In this document: in pieces, positions 27,025 to 39,857 of the stretch
Numbering within the stretch: position 1 is the first letter of the stretch
Layout of the letters: every line of letters begins with the position of its first letter
Assembly: GCA_951406725.2 (NCBI GenBank)
Contig: OX597818.1
Location: forward strand, 44,888,001 to 44,952,000
DNA from: Octopus vulgaris
Taxonomy: Eukaryota
DNA length: 64,000 bases
Direction of reading: 5' to 3'
The notes under the pieces: generated by a model
The model's input: only the letters and a program-made list of their open reading frames with translations
Told to the model about the DNA's origin: nothing
Database searches by the model: none
Translations under genes and position numbers: made by a program

Positions 27025-27400
27025 AGAGTGGCTGTGTGGTAAGTAGCTTGCTTACCGATCACATGGTTCTGAGTTCAGTTTCACTGTGTGGCACCTAGGG
27101 CAAGTGTCTTCTACTATAACCTCGGGCTGACCAAAGCCTTGTAAGTGGATTTGGTAGATGGAAACTGAAAGAAGCCCATCGTATATATGTATATGTGTGT
27201 GTGTTTGTCACCCCAACATCGCTTGACAACTGTTTCTGGTGTGTTTACATCTCCGTAACTTAGCGGTTCAGCAAAAGAGACTGATAGAATAAGTACTAGG
27301 CTTACAAAGAATAAGTCCTGGGGTTGATTTGCTCGACTAAAGGCAGTGCTCCAGCATGGTCACAGTCAAATGACTGAAACAAATAAAACAGTAAAAGAGA
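27025..27400 (+). mobile_element. tRNA-SINE family A
   Basis: Near full-length copy. Confidence 0.85.
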
Positions 27401-28287
27401 GGAGCTTTCATAAACTATAAGTAATATGTTCCTCAACTTCTATTATGTTCACATTGTTTCCTATAGCAGTGAATTGTGATTCATTTAACAAGTTTCTGTT
27501 ATTTTAATAATGAATTATCCTTCAGAGAAGTTTTCTTTGATATCTATAACAATATTTAATATAGAAATTGTCCAAAAGCTTCTTAAACCAGTTTATTCAT
27601 CCCTGCAATAGCTAGGATTTGAACTTTGTAACTTTGGGCTCAGAACTTATTGCTGGAAAGTGTTTGTTCCAATATCTCCTCACTTCAAATTCACTGGGAG
27701 ATCATAATCTAGTTTCCCAAGCAGAAATCCGTGTGACATTGATCAAAATTATTTAATTAATTGAAATTTTCTGATTTAAAAAGAAAAAAAAACAAATAGT
27801 ACAGTAAAACTTTAAGAAATCAACATGGAAGCAATTGCAATGTACATTATATGAGAGAGCAGCTGGAACTAGAGCACAAATCAAGAACTTGGTTGACACC
27901 TTTAATTTGAATATTAATTAAGAACACTGCTAAGCTATCAGTTCATTTCATATCAATAAATTATATTTAAAAATCAATCAATCAGTCAGTCAATTAATCA
28001 ATCATTCAATCAAAGCAAGCAGTAAAAAAAGATGGAGAAAACATTTATTTTGATATGGAACTAAGATTCTCACCTTCGTCTGAAATTATTAGTATATTTA
28101 AAGACACACATATAAATGTTCACACAAACTAGTAACAATGATTAAAACGTGCTTATACTCAATCGTATAGATTAACACATCAGATAAAAACCACACAGAC
28201 ACCTGATGAAACTTCTATCATTGTCATTCTGAGTTTCAAATTTGGAAGCATTTCTGTTCCACATTTATATATTCCTTTATATATAAA

Positions 28288-28678
28288 TCTCTCTATATAT
28301 AAAGCTGAAGTTGTCTGTGTATGGCAGCTTTTGTAGCCTTTTACTAACACTATCTCCTCCGAGACCCTGCGATACAAGTTGACCAAAATTGAAAGTATGA
28401 TAGAAGAAGGCTTGCTCTTCCTTCCATAGAAGAAAAAATTCAAATCAGACCATGTTAACACCAAAAATTATTTACATCAAAAAGGTGCTTTTTTCTATAA
28501 AAATCCCTATTTTTTACGATTTTTTGACTGCTGTGTCACCATTTTTCGGTGTATTTCAACCAGAAAAATGTTCACTTAAGGAGAATAACAAGCTACATAA
28601 TGCAAAAGGTTTACTTCTCAAAAATTCCAATTCTAAAGGGTCGAAACAAACCCAAGCAACACCGGGCGATACTGCTAG
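28288..28678 (+). mobile_element. Non-autonomous Helitron, copy 1
   Basis: A|TC start, subterminal GC hairpin (ccc..gcaacaccggg), CTAG|T end. Confidence 0.8.
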
Positions 28679-28736
28679 TACACTATATATCCAGACGAGT
28701 CTTTCTCTCTTTCTCCTCTCTCTCTCTCTCTCTCTT

Positions 28737-28773
<37 letters not shown>

Positions 28774-29286
28774 GGCCCCCTCTCTTTCTCTTTCCAGATC
28801 TGATAACACCTGATTTCATCCAGAAAGAGAGAAACACAGATTGATAAAAAGCATGGAGAGGAGGAAGAAAAGAATGCTTATTGTGAAGCAGTTTGTCCAA
28901 AGCTCAATATATTTTATGGTATATAATAGTTTTTACCACAAAATTAAAAATTGTATCTTCCTTTCATTTTAAAAAATCTTTGGTTAATATTAAACATAAT
29001 TTTTTTTTGTGTCTTCTCATGAACTTTAAAATAAATTTTTTAATCTTAAATTATAATGAACCCACACACAGTAAGAACAGGCCTGGCCAACTCGAATTAC
29101 ATTACAGGTCACTTTAATCACAGAAAGACATTTGAGAGCCACTTGTATGCTGACAGAATTGAAATCATTTTGCTTTCTCATGCTATTATTACAATAATGA
29201 ATGAATGATCATTGATTCAACATAAAATATTATCGTTGCAAAAACAGTAGTAGCTTCCTTGTTTTACTTTTCATTAAAATCTTTAA

Positions 29287-29675
29287 TCTCTCTATATATA
29301 AAGCTGAAGTTGTCTGTGTATGGCAGGTTTGGTAGCCTTCAACTAACACTATCTCCTCCGAGACCCTGTGGTGCAAGTTGACCAAAATTGAGAATATGAT
29401 AGAAGAAGGCTTGCTCTTCCTTCCATAGAAGAAAAAATTCAAATTGGACCATGTTAACACCAAAAATTATTTATATCAAAAAGGTGCTTTTTTCTATGAA
29501 AATCCTTTTTTAATGATTTTTTGACTGCTGTGTCGCCATTTTTCGGTGTATTTCAACCAGAAAAATGTTCACTTAAAGAGAATAACAAGCTACATAATGC
29601 AAAAGGTTTACTTTTCAAAAATTCCAATTCTAAAGGGTCGAAACAAACGCGAGTAACGCCGGGCGATACTGTTAG
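29287..29675 (+). mobile_element. Non-autonomous Helitron, copy 2
   Basis: End-to-end homolog of 28288-28678 with different flanks. Ends TTAG|T. Confidence 0.8.
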
Positions 29676-30887
29676 TTTTTGATAACATTTTTAAAACGTT
29701 TTTTTAAATAAATCCATTTCAAAAAAGTATCAAGCAGGTTGCATGTGCCCCACGGGCCTCAGGGTGGCCAACCCTGAGTAAGAATGAAAACAATAACGTG
29801 CATATTCAATTTTAACATGACCCAGCAAATATGACTATGAATATACTAATCATTATTGTATTTCACCTTATAAGAAAACAATTTCCCCTTGTAGATGATG
29901 CATGTTAGCAACAGACACAATCTAGCAATGTAGGATGACTGGTGCTTCAGCGTGATTGTATCTCTACAGTTAAAGCTAACCTCTAAATCTACACATGAAT
30001 GGCTGTACTTGTTTATAGAATTCAGCAAAACAAATTATTTGCTGGTATATGCTGATGTCTGCCAGTTATCATAAGCATATAAGAGAGAAGAAATTTAAAG
30101 AATTTGTAGATATTGATTTGTAACATATTCCAATGGATATGAATAAGAATATTCTAATTGGTGTTGTAGCTCACCTTTGGAGAACAATATTTCCTTTCAG
30201 ACAATGTGTACTGATGTGTACTGACAAAACAGACACATTTCAGGGATGTAGGAAGACTTTGAGACGCCAGTGTTTTAACATGATTGTGTCTCTTCAGTCA
30301 GTAACAATTGCCTTATCCACATTAACATAATCAAATAATCTTAGACAGATTCCAAAGTGAGGGACACTGCACAAGTCTTGTAAAAGTAATTATTTCAAAT
30401 ATTTGTGTGTTTGTGTGTTTGGAGAGAGCGAGAGAGAGAGAATTTGTATTTTGTGGGTGGGTCTGTATGCATATATGTATGCACATTCAATTATTAGAAT
30501 CATATTGTGTAGATTTGTAATGTTTGAAAATTTGATTATAGTTAAAGTATAAATCAACACTATAAATATAATTTTTAGTGTATATTTCAAGCTTAAGAAC
30601 AGACTGAATTTCAAATTTGATCAGGACTGTCTTTGTAATACAATGAAATTAACTCTCGTTTTATTTCCTAAAGTAAAGTATTTTTTTAATAAATGAGATT
30701 AAAATTAAAGGTTTTAGTAAAAAAATTCTTTTTAGTAGAGGAACAAATATTTTAGTAAGACATGATTTTAGTATTAGTGTTTTCTCTTAAACATTAAACT
30801 GATTGTGGTTAAATGGACAGGAAAAGCTTTTAGTTTATAAAAAATGCATTACTCACACACACACACACACACACACACGCATGCATA

Positions 30888-30922
<35 letters not shown>

Positions 30923-30965
30923 GAGACAAAACCTTTTATTTGAGTATACACACAACCTTACTAAC

Positions 30966-31013
30966 CTGCAAGGACTATCCGGAGGTTGAATATCTTTTAC
31001 TTCAGGAGACGGA
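30966..31013 (-). CDS. Small symmetric exon (48 nt, phase 2-2); (S)PSPEVKDIQPPDSPC
   Basis: Acceptor tattcttacag and donor CAG|gttagt. Locally higher GC, open frame. Confidence 0.72.
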
Positions 31014-33713
31014 CTGTAAGAATACAGTGAAAACATGAAAACTTGCAATATACCATTTATCAACTAGCAAATCGCTATAACCAGACATGTAGTAAGTCTA
31101 AATATCAGAGAAATTAGACTGATCTTCGAACATTCACTCATATTTTCTCTTCAAAGATATCAGTTAATTTTTTTCTAGAGTTAGCAAATGACATTTCAGT
31201 TTAACAATGATAAATGAAATGTTGATGATGCTAGTGAATGGGATGATGAAGATGGGAAGATTCATTTTGATATTTCAAGTCATAGTTAAATGGTAAATCA
31301 CCCATGGTTATGGTTTCCAGATATACTGGTTTTCAAACAATACTACCAGTATCCTGAAAGAAAACTTTACTGTTGTCCTGTTCTTTCTTTTTTTTAATTT
31401 CTTTCAATTTTGAAAAATGCTTTTACAAATATTTTTCAAATTTTTTTTTATGCAATTGTTTTAAAAATCTTTGCTTTCTATGAATCTTTTAGTTTTTAGA
31501 ATCACACTTCAATTTTAAATTTGCTTATTCAAATTTTGTTGCGTCTGGGGAGAGTCATTTTCTTTTTGTGCCTTATAATTGAACACACTCACCGGTAAAA
31601 TTTCCGTTTATTTCTTATTTTTATTTTCCTAAAATTTTCATTGCATCTTGCAACATTTTCAGTAGTCTTGACTCTCAAATCCAAAAACAAAATTATTCAA
31701 ATTTAATTCATTGAAAACCTAACAATGATTGATTAATTGTATGATTTTGTTTCCTTTTTGGATATTATGATCTTAAAGTTTATCAATTTTGTCAATAAAG
31801 GATTTAACAAAGTCGATTAATAATTCTTATTCTCATATACAGACACTGATGTAATTCTGTGGTTAAGAAGTTTGTTTCTCAACCATTTGATCTTGTGTTC
31901 AGTCCACTGTGTGGCTCTTTGGGCATATAAGCTCAGGCCAACTAAAGTATTATGAGCGGACTTGGTGGAGAGAAACTGACAGAAGCCTGTCATATATGTG
32001 TGTGCATATGTGTGTGCATGTGTGTGTATGTTTGGATGGGTATTTGTGTATTTTTGTTTAGATATCACATAATGTTTGTAAAAGCATCATAGTCATAGAA
32101 GTGAAATTGTTGATTTCCAATCTTCTGTAAAAAAACATGCCCAACTACAGGAAATATTACCTTACTTGGAAACAGGTATGGGTTGATGACCGGAAGGGCA
32201 TCTGACCATAGGAACTCAAACATGGAAAAGAAGATGTTAAATGATGGTGATGCTATGTAAAAAAGATGATATATAAAAGTTCATGAGTATATGTGTGTGT
32301 GTATGTGAGTATGGGAATGTAAACTAATATGGTCGTCTTATACATGGTGAATGAATTTCTAATTCCCAGTCGATATTAGTTATGAAAGAATAAATTTGTT
32401 CTCTACTCCATACATAACACATCTAGATAAAATGACATTCGAACACTTTCTCTATAATGTAATTTTACAGTAATAACAAAAGCGAATTGTGCAGATATGA
32501 AAAGTACATATGAGAATAAAAATATTCAGAATTCTTGTTAATAATGAAATAACAAGGTAAAACCAAGTAAATGTGGAAGACTCTTCTAGAAATAGCAACT
32601 AAATTTCCCTTAACCATATATTAGTATCTTAAAAGTAAAGAATGAGATATGAGATAAATGTAGTCTGGCTACACTATCCTGAAAAATAAGGTGAAATGAT
32701 CATGATTGAAACGATTTTGATCAGGGTTGGGTTTTTATTTAACAAGAAAAATATGATTATAAATCTGACTGAGCACTCAAATTTTATTCCCTCTCATATG
32801 AATTCATTTTTATATCTGCACCTTCTGTTTTGTTTTAAAATGTGAATATTTACATATCTCTCAGTTTAATGGGATTTATAACAGATAAATTTAAGGATGT
32901 CTTGGTTGTAATAAAATAGTTTAACATCAACAATAGTTTTCATAGGTTCTCTTTCATTTCTTTTAAAAGCAAAATTTAAAGCAATGATTCTAGTTCGAAT
33001 ATATTTTAAAGACATACCATTTAAAACCTGTTCAAATATTTCTTCAAATACAATATTTAAAAACACATACTGTTATTACTTAAAAATAATATAATCAATT
33101 ACTAATTCCAGACAAATCATGATTTTTTTTTCCTTTCATCTTTGATAAAACTGTAATTCAGATGCAAAACTTCATGCTGTACCAATATTTTCTCTCTGTT
33201 GTTTTCTTAGCAAAATCAATGTCTCAAAAATATGCAATAAAGCCATCACCAAAGCACATTTCTCTGAAAAACCACTATCTATCCATGCAGTCTTGCTAAC
33301 TTCTAAGTTTAAACATATTGAGCAAAATTTTTGTGCACACAATCTCATATTATCATCACGCCATAAACATTCTGGAACAGAAGGACCACGGTCAGTTATG
33401 GTTACTACCTCCTTTATTGCCTGAGTATCAGATAAAAAGAAAACAACGTAAAACTTACCTAATGCAAAGAATATGATAATTTCTTTATCAGATTATTAAA
33501 TCAAGACAAAAGTACACTGATAATAAAAGCTATAAGTTCCATGAAAACAATTTATCTAAAATATGTACAGGGCAAAAGGGCTGAACTGCTGTTTCCTACA
33601 TACTGCACATTTCTCTCCATATCTTTAAAATTATATATATATATATACACACACATATATTTATATATATATATGTGTGTGTATACATACTTATATATAT
33701 ACATATATGTATG

Positions 33714-33754
<41 letters not shown>

Positions 33755-35149
33755 TTTTATTTTATTTTATCTAGTTTCAGCTCACGAGCTGTGGCCATGC
33801 TGGGGCACCACCATATATATGTATATGTACATGTATATATATGTATGTATACATGTATATATATATGTATGTATATATATATATATGCATATATATATAT
33901 GTATGTATATATATATATATGCATATATATATGTATGTATATATATATATATGCATATATATATGTATGTATATATATATGCATATATATATATATATAT
34001 ATAAACAAAGAAGTAACAGAATATTTATTGTCTTCCAAAATGATTTACCTAGAATTATTTGAAATAATAATTTCTTTTCATGATATATGAAATAGATTTC
34101 TCCTTCTCATTTTCAATAGCTTTGAAGTGACATCCACTTAGGTGGCCATCAGAGGAGGAAATTCTCACAAGGCCGGTAGCACTAATGAAAACAAGTATAC
34201 TTCCAAACTCTTAATTAAATGCACAAAGATTATTGATACATGCACAGGGACTGGATGTTTATAGAACATTAAAAAACACATTTCAATAACATTTTCACTC
34301 ATGGGGTGAGCTACAAAAAAGTGATGGACGAAAGCTACTGTTTCAGAATGAACAAAAAAATCATAGGAGTGGAGTGCCATATGGGCCAGTGCTTTCTTGC
34401 TCAAGAAATACACCCAAGAATGAACAAGGATAAAAGCTATACACCTATACTTAACTAAAATTGGAATGGACTTCCATATGAACACAAAAGAACAGTTAGA
34501 AGAAGCTTTGGCCATAGTATGTAAAGATGCCTGTGTACAGCATATGGTAGTACATACCTGGTGCTTAAGACTGAGAATAGATCAAAGTAACAAGCAGAAC
34601 TGGTGCATCATAAATCCCTCCACAGACTGTGGTGCCATACATAGAATACTGAAATTGGTAGTGAGATTAATACTTGGCCCATCACCTTTGGAACTTAGTA
34701 TAGGTAAGTGATGAGCCTCAAAGTAACTAGAAATTACACATGGTCAGAAGTGGAGTGGAGATGGGGGTCTGCATAGCCATCCAAGTCCTAATGGCCTTCA
34801 AAGGCTACAGGAATATTCCAGAGCAGTACACCACAATGAATGGTGAAAGGATACAGAGTAGAAAATCCAGTTACTATACAAGTGGCAGTAAGAAGTGGTT
34901 GAAGGCTCACTGACCAGAGGAGTTGGAAGACCAGAAGAAGAAGAAACAACTGCCGACCTCAGAAACTACAACACCAGTCATAGCTCTGAAGACAGGTGAA
35001 AGATTCATTTTGTTCTCATTGCCAAAAGCCACCGACAGAGAAGTCAAGGATTGTCTTCATTGTAGTTCCTGATGCTGCACCTTGTTGCAAGATGATGGAA
35101 AGCAAATAGATGCTGGAGAGTAGGGGAAAATCACAAGAAGCACCAAGGA

Positions 35150-35752
35150 AGGTAAAAAGTTTCGAAAGAAGGAAACTCTGATGGGTGTGTAATGTCAGTG
35201 TACATGTGTGACACAGTGCTGGTGTATTGAGAGAAAAGTTAGGCATAACAGAAATTAGATGCAGTATGCAAGAGAGAAGACTGCGCAGGTTTGACCATGT
35301 GATGTGTATGAATAAGGAGAGTTTTATACAGAAGTGCCAATCGCTTGAAGTAAATGGAACTTGTGGAAAATGGAAACCCAGGAAGACATGGGACAAAGTC
35401 CTGAAAGCCAATCTCAAGACACTGAGCCGTACAAAAGGGATGACAAAAAAATCAAGACATTTGGCACCTTGCTGTATTCAAGAATACCCATCCACCACAG
35501 AAGAATTGATATCAGTGCTGGTGCCACGTAAAAAGCACTGGTTATGGGGCCACATAAAAAGTACCATGATGGTGTCATGTAAAATGCATTCAGTACATTT
35601 TATGAAGTGGTTGGCATTAGGAAGGGCATCCAGCCATAGAAACCAGACAGAAACAGACAATGGAACTTGGTGTTGTCCCTGGCCTTGCCAGCTCCTGTAA
35701 CTGTCCAACCCATGCTAACATGGAAAACAGACATTACATAATGATAATGATG
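35150..35752 (+). mobile_element. RTE-type LINE 3' end
   Basis: REKLGITEIRCSMQERRLRRFDHVMCM...GTCGKWKPRKTWDKV plus tail. Confidence 0.8.
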
Positions 35753-35802
35753 CTGGTCACAAATATGCGGAATGATGTGCATGAAAATCTTTTATATATA
35801 TA

Positions 35803-35861
35803 CTAGCTGAAAGTGACCCGCTCTATGCGCTGGTAAGAGTGTGGTATATATATATATATGT

Positions 35862-35909
<48 letters not shown>

Positions 35910-37503
35910 AAAAGACTCCGCCAGTTACGACGACGAGGGTCCCAGCTGATACGATCAACGGAACAGCTTGCTCGTGAAATTAACGTGCAAATGGCTGAGC
36001 ATTCCACAGACACGTGTACCCTTAACGTAGTTCTCGGGGATAATCAGCGTGACACAGAGAGTGACAAGGCTGACCCTTTGAAATACAAGTACAACTCATT
36101 TTTGCCAGCTGAGTGGACTGGAGCAACGTGAAATAAAGAGTCTTGCTCAAGGACACAACGCGTCGCCGGGAATCGAACTCACAACCTTACGATCATGAGC
36201 CGAATGCCCTAACCACTAAGCCACGCGCCCTCACTTATATATATATAAATACAGATATATACACTTTGTATATATACATTATATATACATATTTATATAT
36301 AGATACACACACACACACACACACACATATAAATTAATTTCGTTTTGAGGCCTCTGCTAATGTTCTGTGTAAGTGGTCATCATTGAGAAGTAGTCCGCGC
36401 CTCAAACATGCTTCCCTGTAAGTGGTGCAGATGATACCATCAACCGTGCGAAGATCAGCAAAAGACTTCGGTCCAGTAACTACATGAAGCAGCATTCTCA
36501 AAAAGAAGATTTCCTGTTTGGTAGGATGAACATTATACACATGCCCAATGACGTTCTTCCTAGAAACACCGGGCCAATTGTCAAGTTCTGTTCCATGTGA
36601 CCTGCGCTTCCAATTATTATTGTTGTATGTGTAATATTCCGGTACTTCAGGGTAAATGAGAGTAGCAGCAAACTCATCAACTGAACACAATTTAAAAAAT
36701 GCAGTAAGCGTAGTCCCTTTTGGATTTTCACTGACTTTACGTGCATTTTTCTCTGTGAAGTAAACCAGCTGTCTCTTCTGTAAATGAACATTCAGGTGGA
36801 AAACTGATGCTGAGCTTAGATGAATCTTGTATCGAAAAATGCACCATGCTGCATAATTGGAGGATACATACCTACCCAAAACGAATTGTTTAATTTCGTC
36901 ATGTCTAAGGTCTTCATCACTGAACACAAACACGGCCATATCATCGCCCTTATTAATGTACTTGCAGAGGTATTGTATGCATCTTGCCAAACAGCAGTAC
37001 TCAACATTAATGTGTGCATGAAATGTTTTGGAAAGCAAAGGGTTCAATGGAACAATCCAGGCATTCTCAACATCGAATGTTATTAACCGTTGTCTAACTG
37101 TAGCTGTGCAGCCACCCAAACCTGTGTGGTGGTGGTGGCAATGATAATTGTCTGTATGAATGCAGACAGACGTGTAGAGAGAGAGAGTGTGAAAGCGCTG
37201 TAGAACACCATTTGACGAATCAACGTTATATATAGAATGTGATGGGAAGGGAGGAAATAGAGAGAGTGAGTGAGGAAGACAGATACATAAAAGACTGAGA
37301 GTGGACTTGTCAAAGTGGGTTTTTGGCCCTAGCAACGACACCTTTTAAGATAGGGATTTCTAATGTAGCCCACGGGCATCGTCACCTCATTTTACATGTC
37401 CCTGTAAATTTTGGAGTCAATCTGACGGGATGTAGTGGCGTTGAAAACGGGCCAAGCGGTCGAGTCAAACAAACAAAAAAACAAACTTTTTGCATTTCAG
37501 TTT

Positions 37504-37510
<7 letters not shown>
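35803..37510 (-). mobile_element. Internally deleted Helitron carrying a RepHel fragment, with a SINE nested at 35913-36234
   Basis: 3' hairpin accagcgcatagagcgggt and CTAG|T at 35803. The 5' end is blurred in (TA)n near 37510. Confidence 0.8.
36334..37085 (-). pseudogene. Helitron Rep/helicase fragment (about 250 aa, no internal stop)
   Basis: WIVPLNPLLSKTFHAHINVEYC...YLCKYINKGDD...DEIKQFVLGRYVS...TTLTAFFKLC...LRMLLHVVTGPKSFADLRTVDG...TYREACLRRGLL, canonical Helitron motifs. Confidence 0.92.
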
Positions 37511-37552
<42 letters not shown>

Positions 37553-37614
37553 GTTTGTTCCTGACTCATGGATTTCCAGATAACTATATATATATATTAT
37601 CATAATAAGGTGGT

Positions 37615-37807
37615 AAGGTGGCAGAATCGTTAGCATGCTGGATGAAATGCTTAGTGTTCTGAGTCCAAATTCTGCCAAGGCTGACTTTGCCTTTCATCCT
37701 TTTGGGGTCGATAAATTAAGTATCAGTTGAATATTGGGGTCAGGGAAATCGACTTATCCTCTCCCCTAAAATTGTTGCCCTTGTGGAAAAATTTGAAACC
37801 ATTATTC

Positions 37808-37862
<55 letters not shown>

Positions 37863-38185
37863 GGTGGCAATCTGACAGAATCCTTAGCACGCCAGACAAA
37901 ATAGTTTGTGGTATTTCATTCGTCTTCATGTTCTGAGTTCAAATTCTGTTGAAGTAAGCTTTGTCTTTCATCTTGCTGAGGTTAATAAAATAAGTACCAG
38001 TTGAGTACAGGGGCCAATGTAATTGACCTCCTCTTTCCCTGAGACTGCTGGCCTTGTTTCAAAATTTGAAATCATTATCATTACTGGGGTCGATAAAATA
38101 AGTACCAGTTGAACACTGAAGTTTATGTAACTGATACACCCCGTCCCCCAAAATGGTTGCCCTTGGGGAAAAATCTGAAACCATT
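37615..38185 (+). mobile_element. Cluster of SINE family B copies separated by (TAT)n
   Basis: Repeated ggtggcagaatcgttagc heads and gcctttcatcct cores. Confidence 0.7.
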
Positions 38186-38211
38186 ATTATTTTTTTTTTT
38201 TATTTGTGCAC

Positions 38212-38504
38212 CCTTTTCAAGCCTAGCCAGGCTCATGAGCCCGGTTTCTGTGGCATATGTGTTCCCCCTGACTGGACGGGATGCCAGTCCATCGCAGCAT
38301 TACTACTCAAGAAACAGGAAGAAAGAGTGAGAGAAAGTTGGGGTGAAAGAGTACAACAGGGCTTGCCACCACCCCCTGCCGGAGCCTCATGGAGCTGTAG
38401 GTGTTTTCGCTCAATAAACACACACAATGCCTGGTCTGGGAATCAAAATTGTGATCCTCTGACCACGAGTCCACTGCCCTAACCACTGGGCCATTGCGCC
38501 TCCA

Positions 38505-38505
<1 letters not shown>
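38212..38505 (-). mobile_element. V-domain-like tRNA-SINE (subfamily variant)
   Basis: gctgcgatggactggcatcccgtccag core with a tRNA-like head. Confidence 0.75.
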
Positions 38506-38550
<45 letters not shown>

Positions 38551-38859
38551 TTAATTATATGCAGGTACATGGTTTAGTGGTTAGAGTGTTGCACTCACAA
38601 TCTAGCGACCATGATTTTGATTCCTAGACCAGGTGGTGTGTTGTGTTCTTGAGCAAAACAAATCATCTCATGTTGCTCTATGATCGCTTCAATACCTGAT
38701 GCATGGTACGTCGTATACCTGTTCAGTCAACTTGATGGAGAGAGTGAACTAATGTGCTGCACGAACATTTGATCACAATAAACAAATCATTTGTGCAGGT
38801 CGTTCAGCAAAAGTTAAACGCTCATATGTCATCTCCGACAGGAGAGTCCATCATTATTC

Positions 38860-38902
<43 letters not shown>

Positions 38903-39074
38903 CATTATTATTGAGTGAGAGAGCAGTGAACTCCATCAAAGTGACAGCAGCACTTTTATATTATCGTCTTCTCATACCGAATTCCTCAACAGTAATAACA
39001 GAAGCAGCAATGGGCAATTTCAAAAGACTGCCCCGTGTCGAAAAATTTATAAAAGTACAAAATGTCAGTAAAGT

Positions 39075-39142
<68 letters not shown>

Positions 39143-39429
39143 TCAACAGTAGCAACAGAAGAGCAGTCAGTAATTCTTGGAAATAGACAAGCATGAGAAA
39201 AATAATTGTGAAAAATAATTCAAAGCACATGTTTCCAGAAAACTAAAATGGAAATTGATGAAGAGAAGAAATATAACATCTTCAACCACCTTGAAATAAA
39301 GATACTTGGTATGTGATGGTCATGAATAAGAAAATTTTCCTTATCACCTTGGAGAGGCTGGCAGATTTACATACTGTCACGTGTTATTAAATTATATACA
39401 AGTTAACTAGGAATTTTAAAACAACACCT

Positions 39430-39825
39430 GCAAGTGTGTGTGTGAGTATGTGGGTGTGTATGTGTGTAGGTGTGTTTGTAAGTGTGTGTGTGTATGTGTG
39501 TGGGTGTGTTTGCAAGTGTGTGTGTGTATGTGTGTGGGTGTGTTTGCAAATGTGTGTGTGTGTGAGTATGTGGGTGTGTATGTGTGTGGGTGTGTTTGCA
39601 AGTGTGTGTGTGTATGTGTGTGGGTGTGTTTGCAAGTGTGTGTGGGTGTGTTTGCAAGTGTGTGTGTGTATGTGTGTGGGTGTGTTTGCAAGTGTGTGTG
39701 TGTGTGAGTATGTGGGTGTGTATGTGTGTGGGTGTGTTTGCAAGTGTGTGTGTGTATGTGTGTGGGTGTGTTTGCAAGTGTGTGTGTGTATGTGTGTGGG
39801 TGTGTTTGCAAGTGTGTGTGTGTAT
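39430..39825. repeat. Minisatellite of about 34 bp built from (GT)n: caagtgtgtgtgtgtatgtgtgtgggtgtgtttg
   Basis: About 10 units anchored on tttgcaag. Confidence 0.9.
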
Positions 39826-39857
39826 CATTGCAAACATATATGTGGGTATATGTATAT

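Noticed and set aside
33211-33390. 180-nt plus-strand open frame with acceptor and donor (minus mirror frame also open)
   Set aside because: No recognisable protein and no convincing partner exons. It cannot be excluded without RNA data.
38978-39027. Possible minus-strand mini-exon LLKLPIAASVITVEEF
   Set aside because: 50 nt, so frame-shifting, with a weak acceptor.
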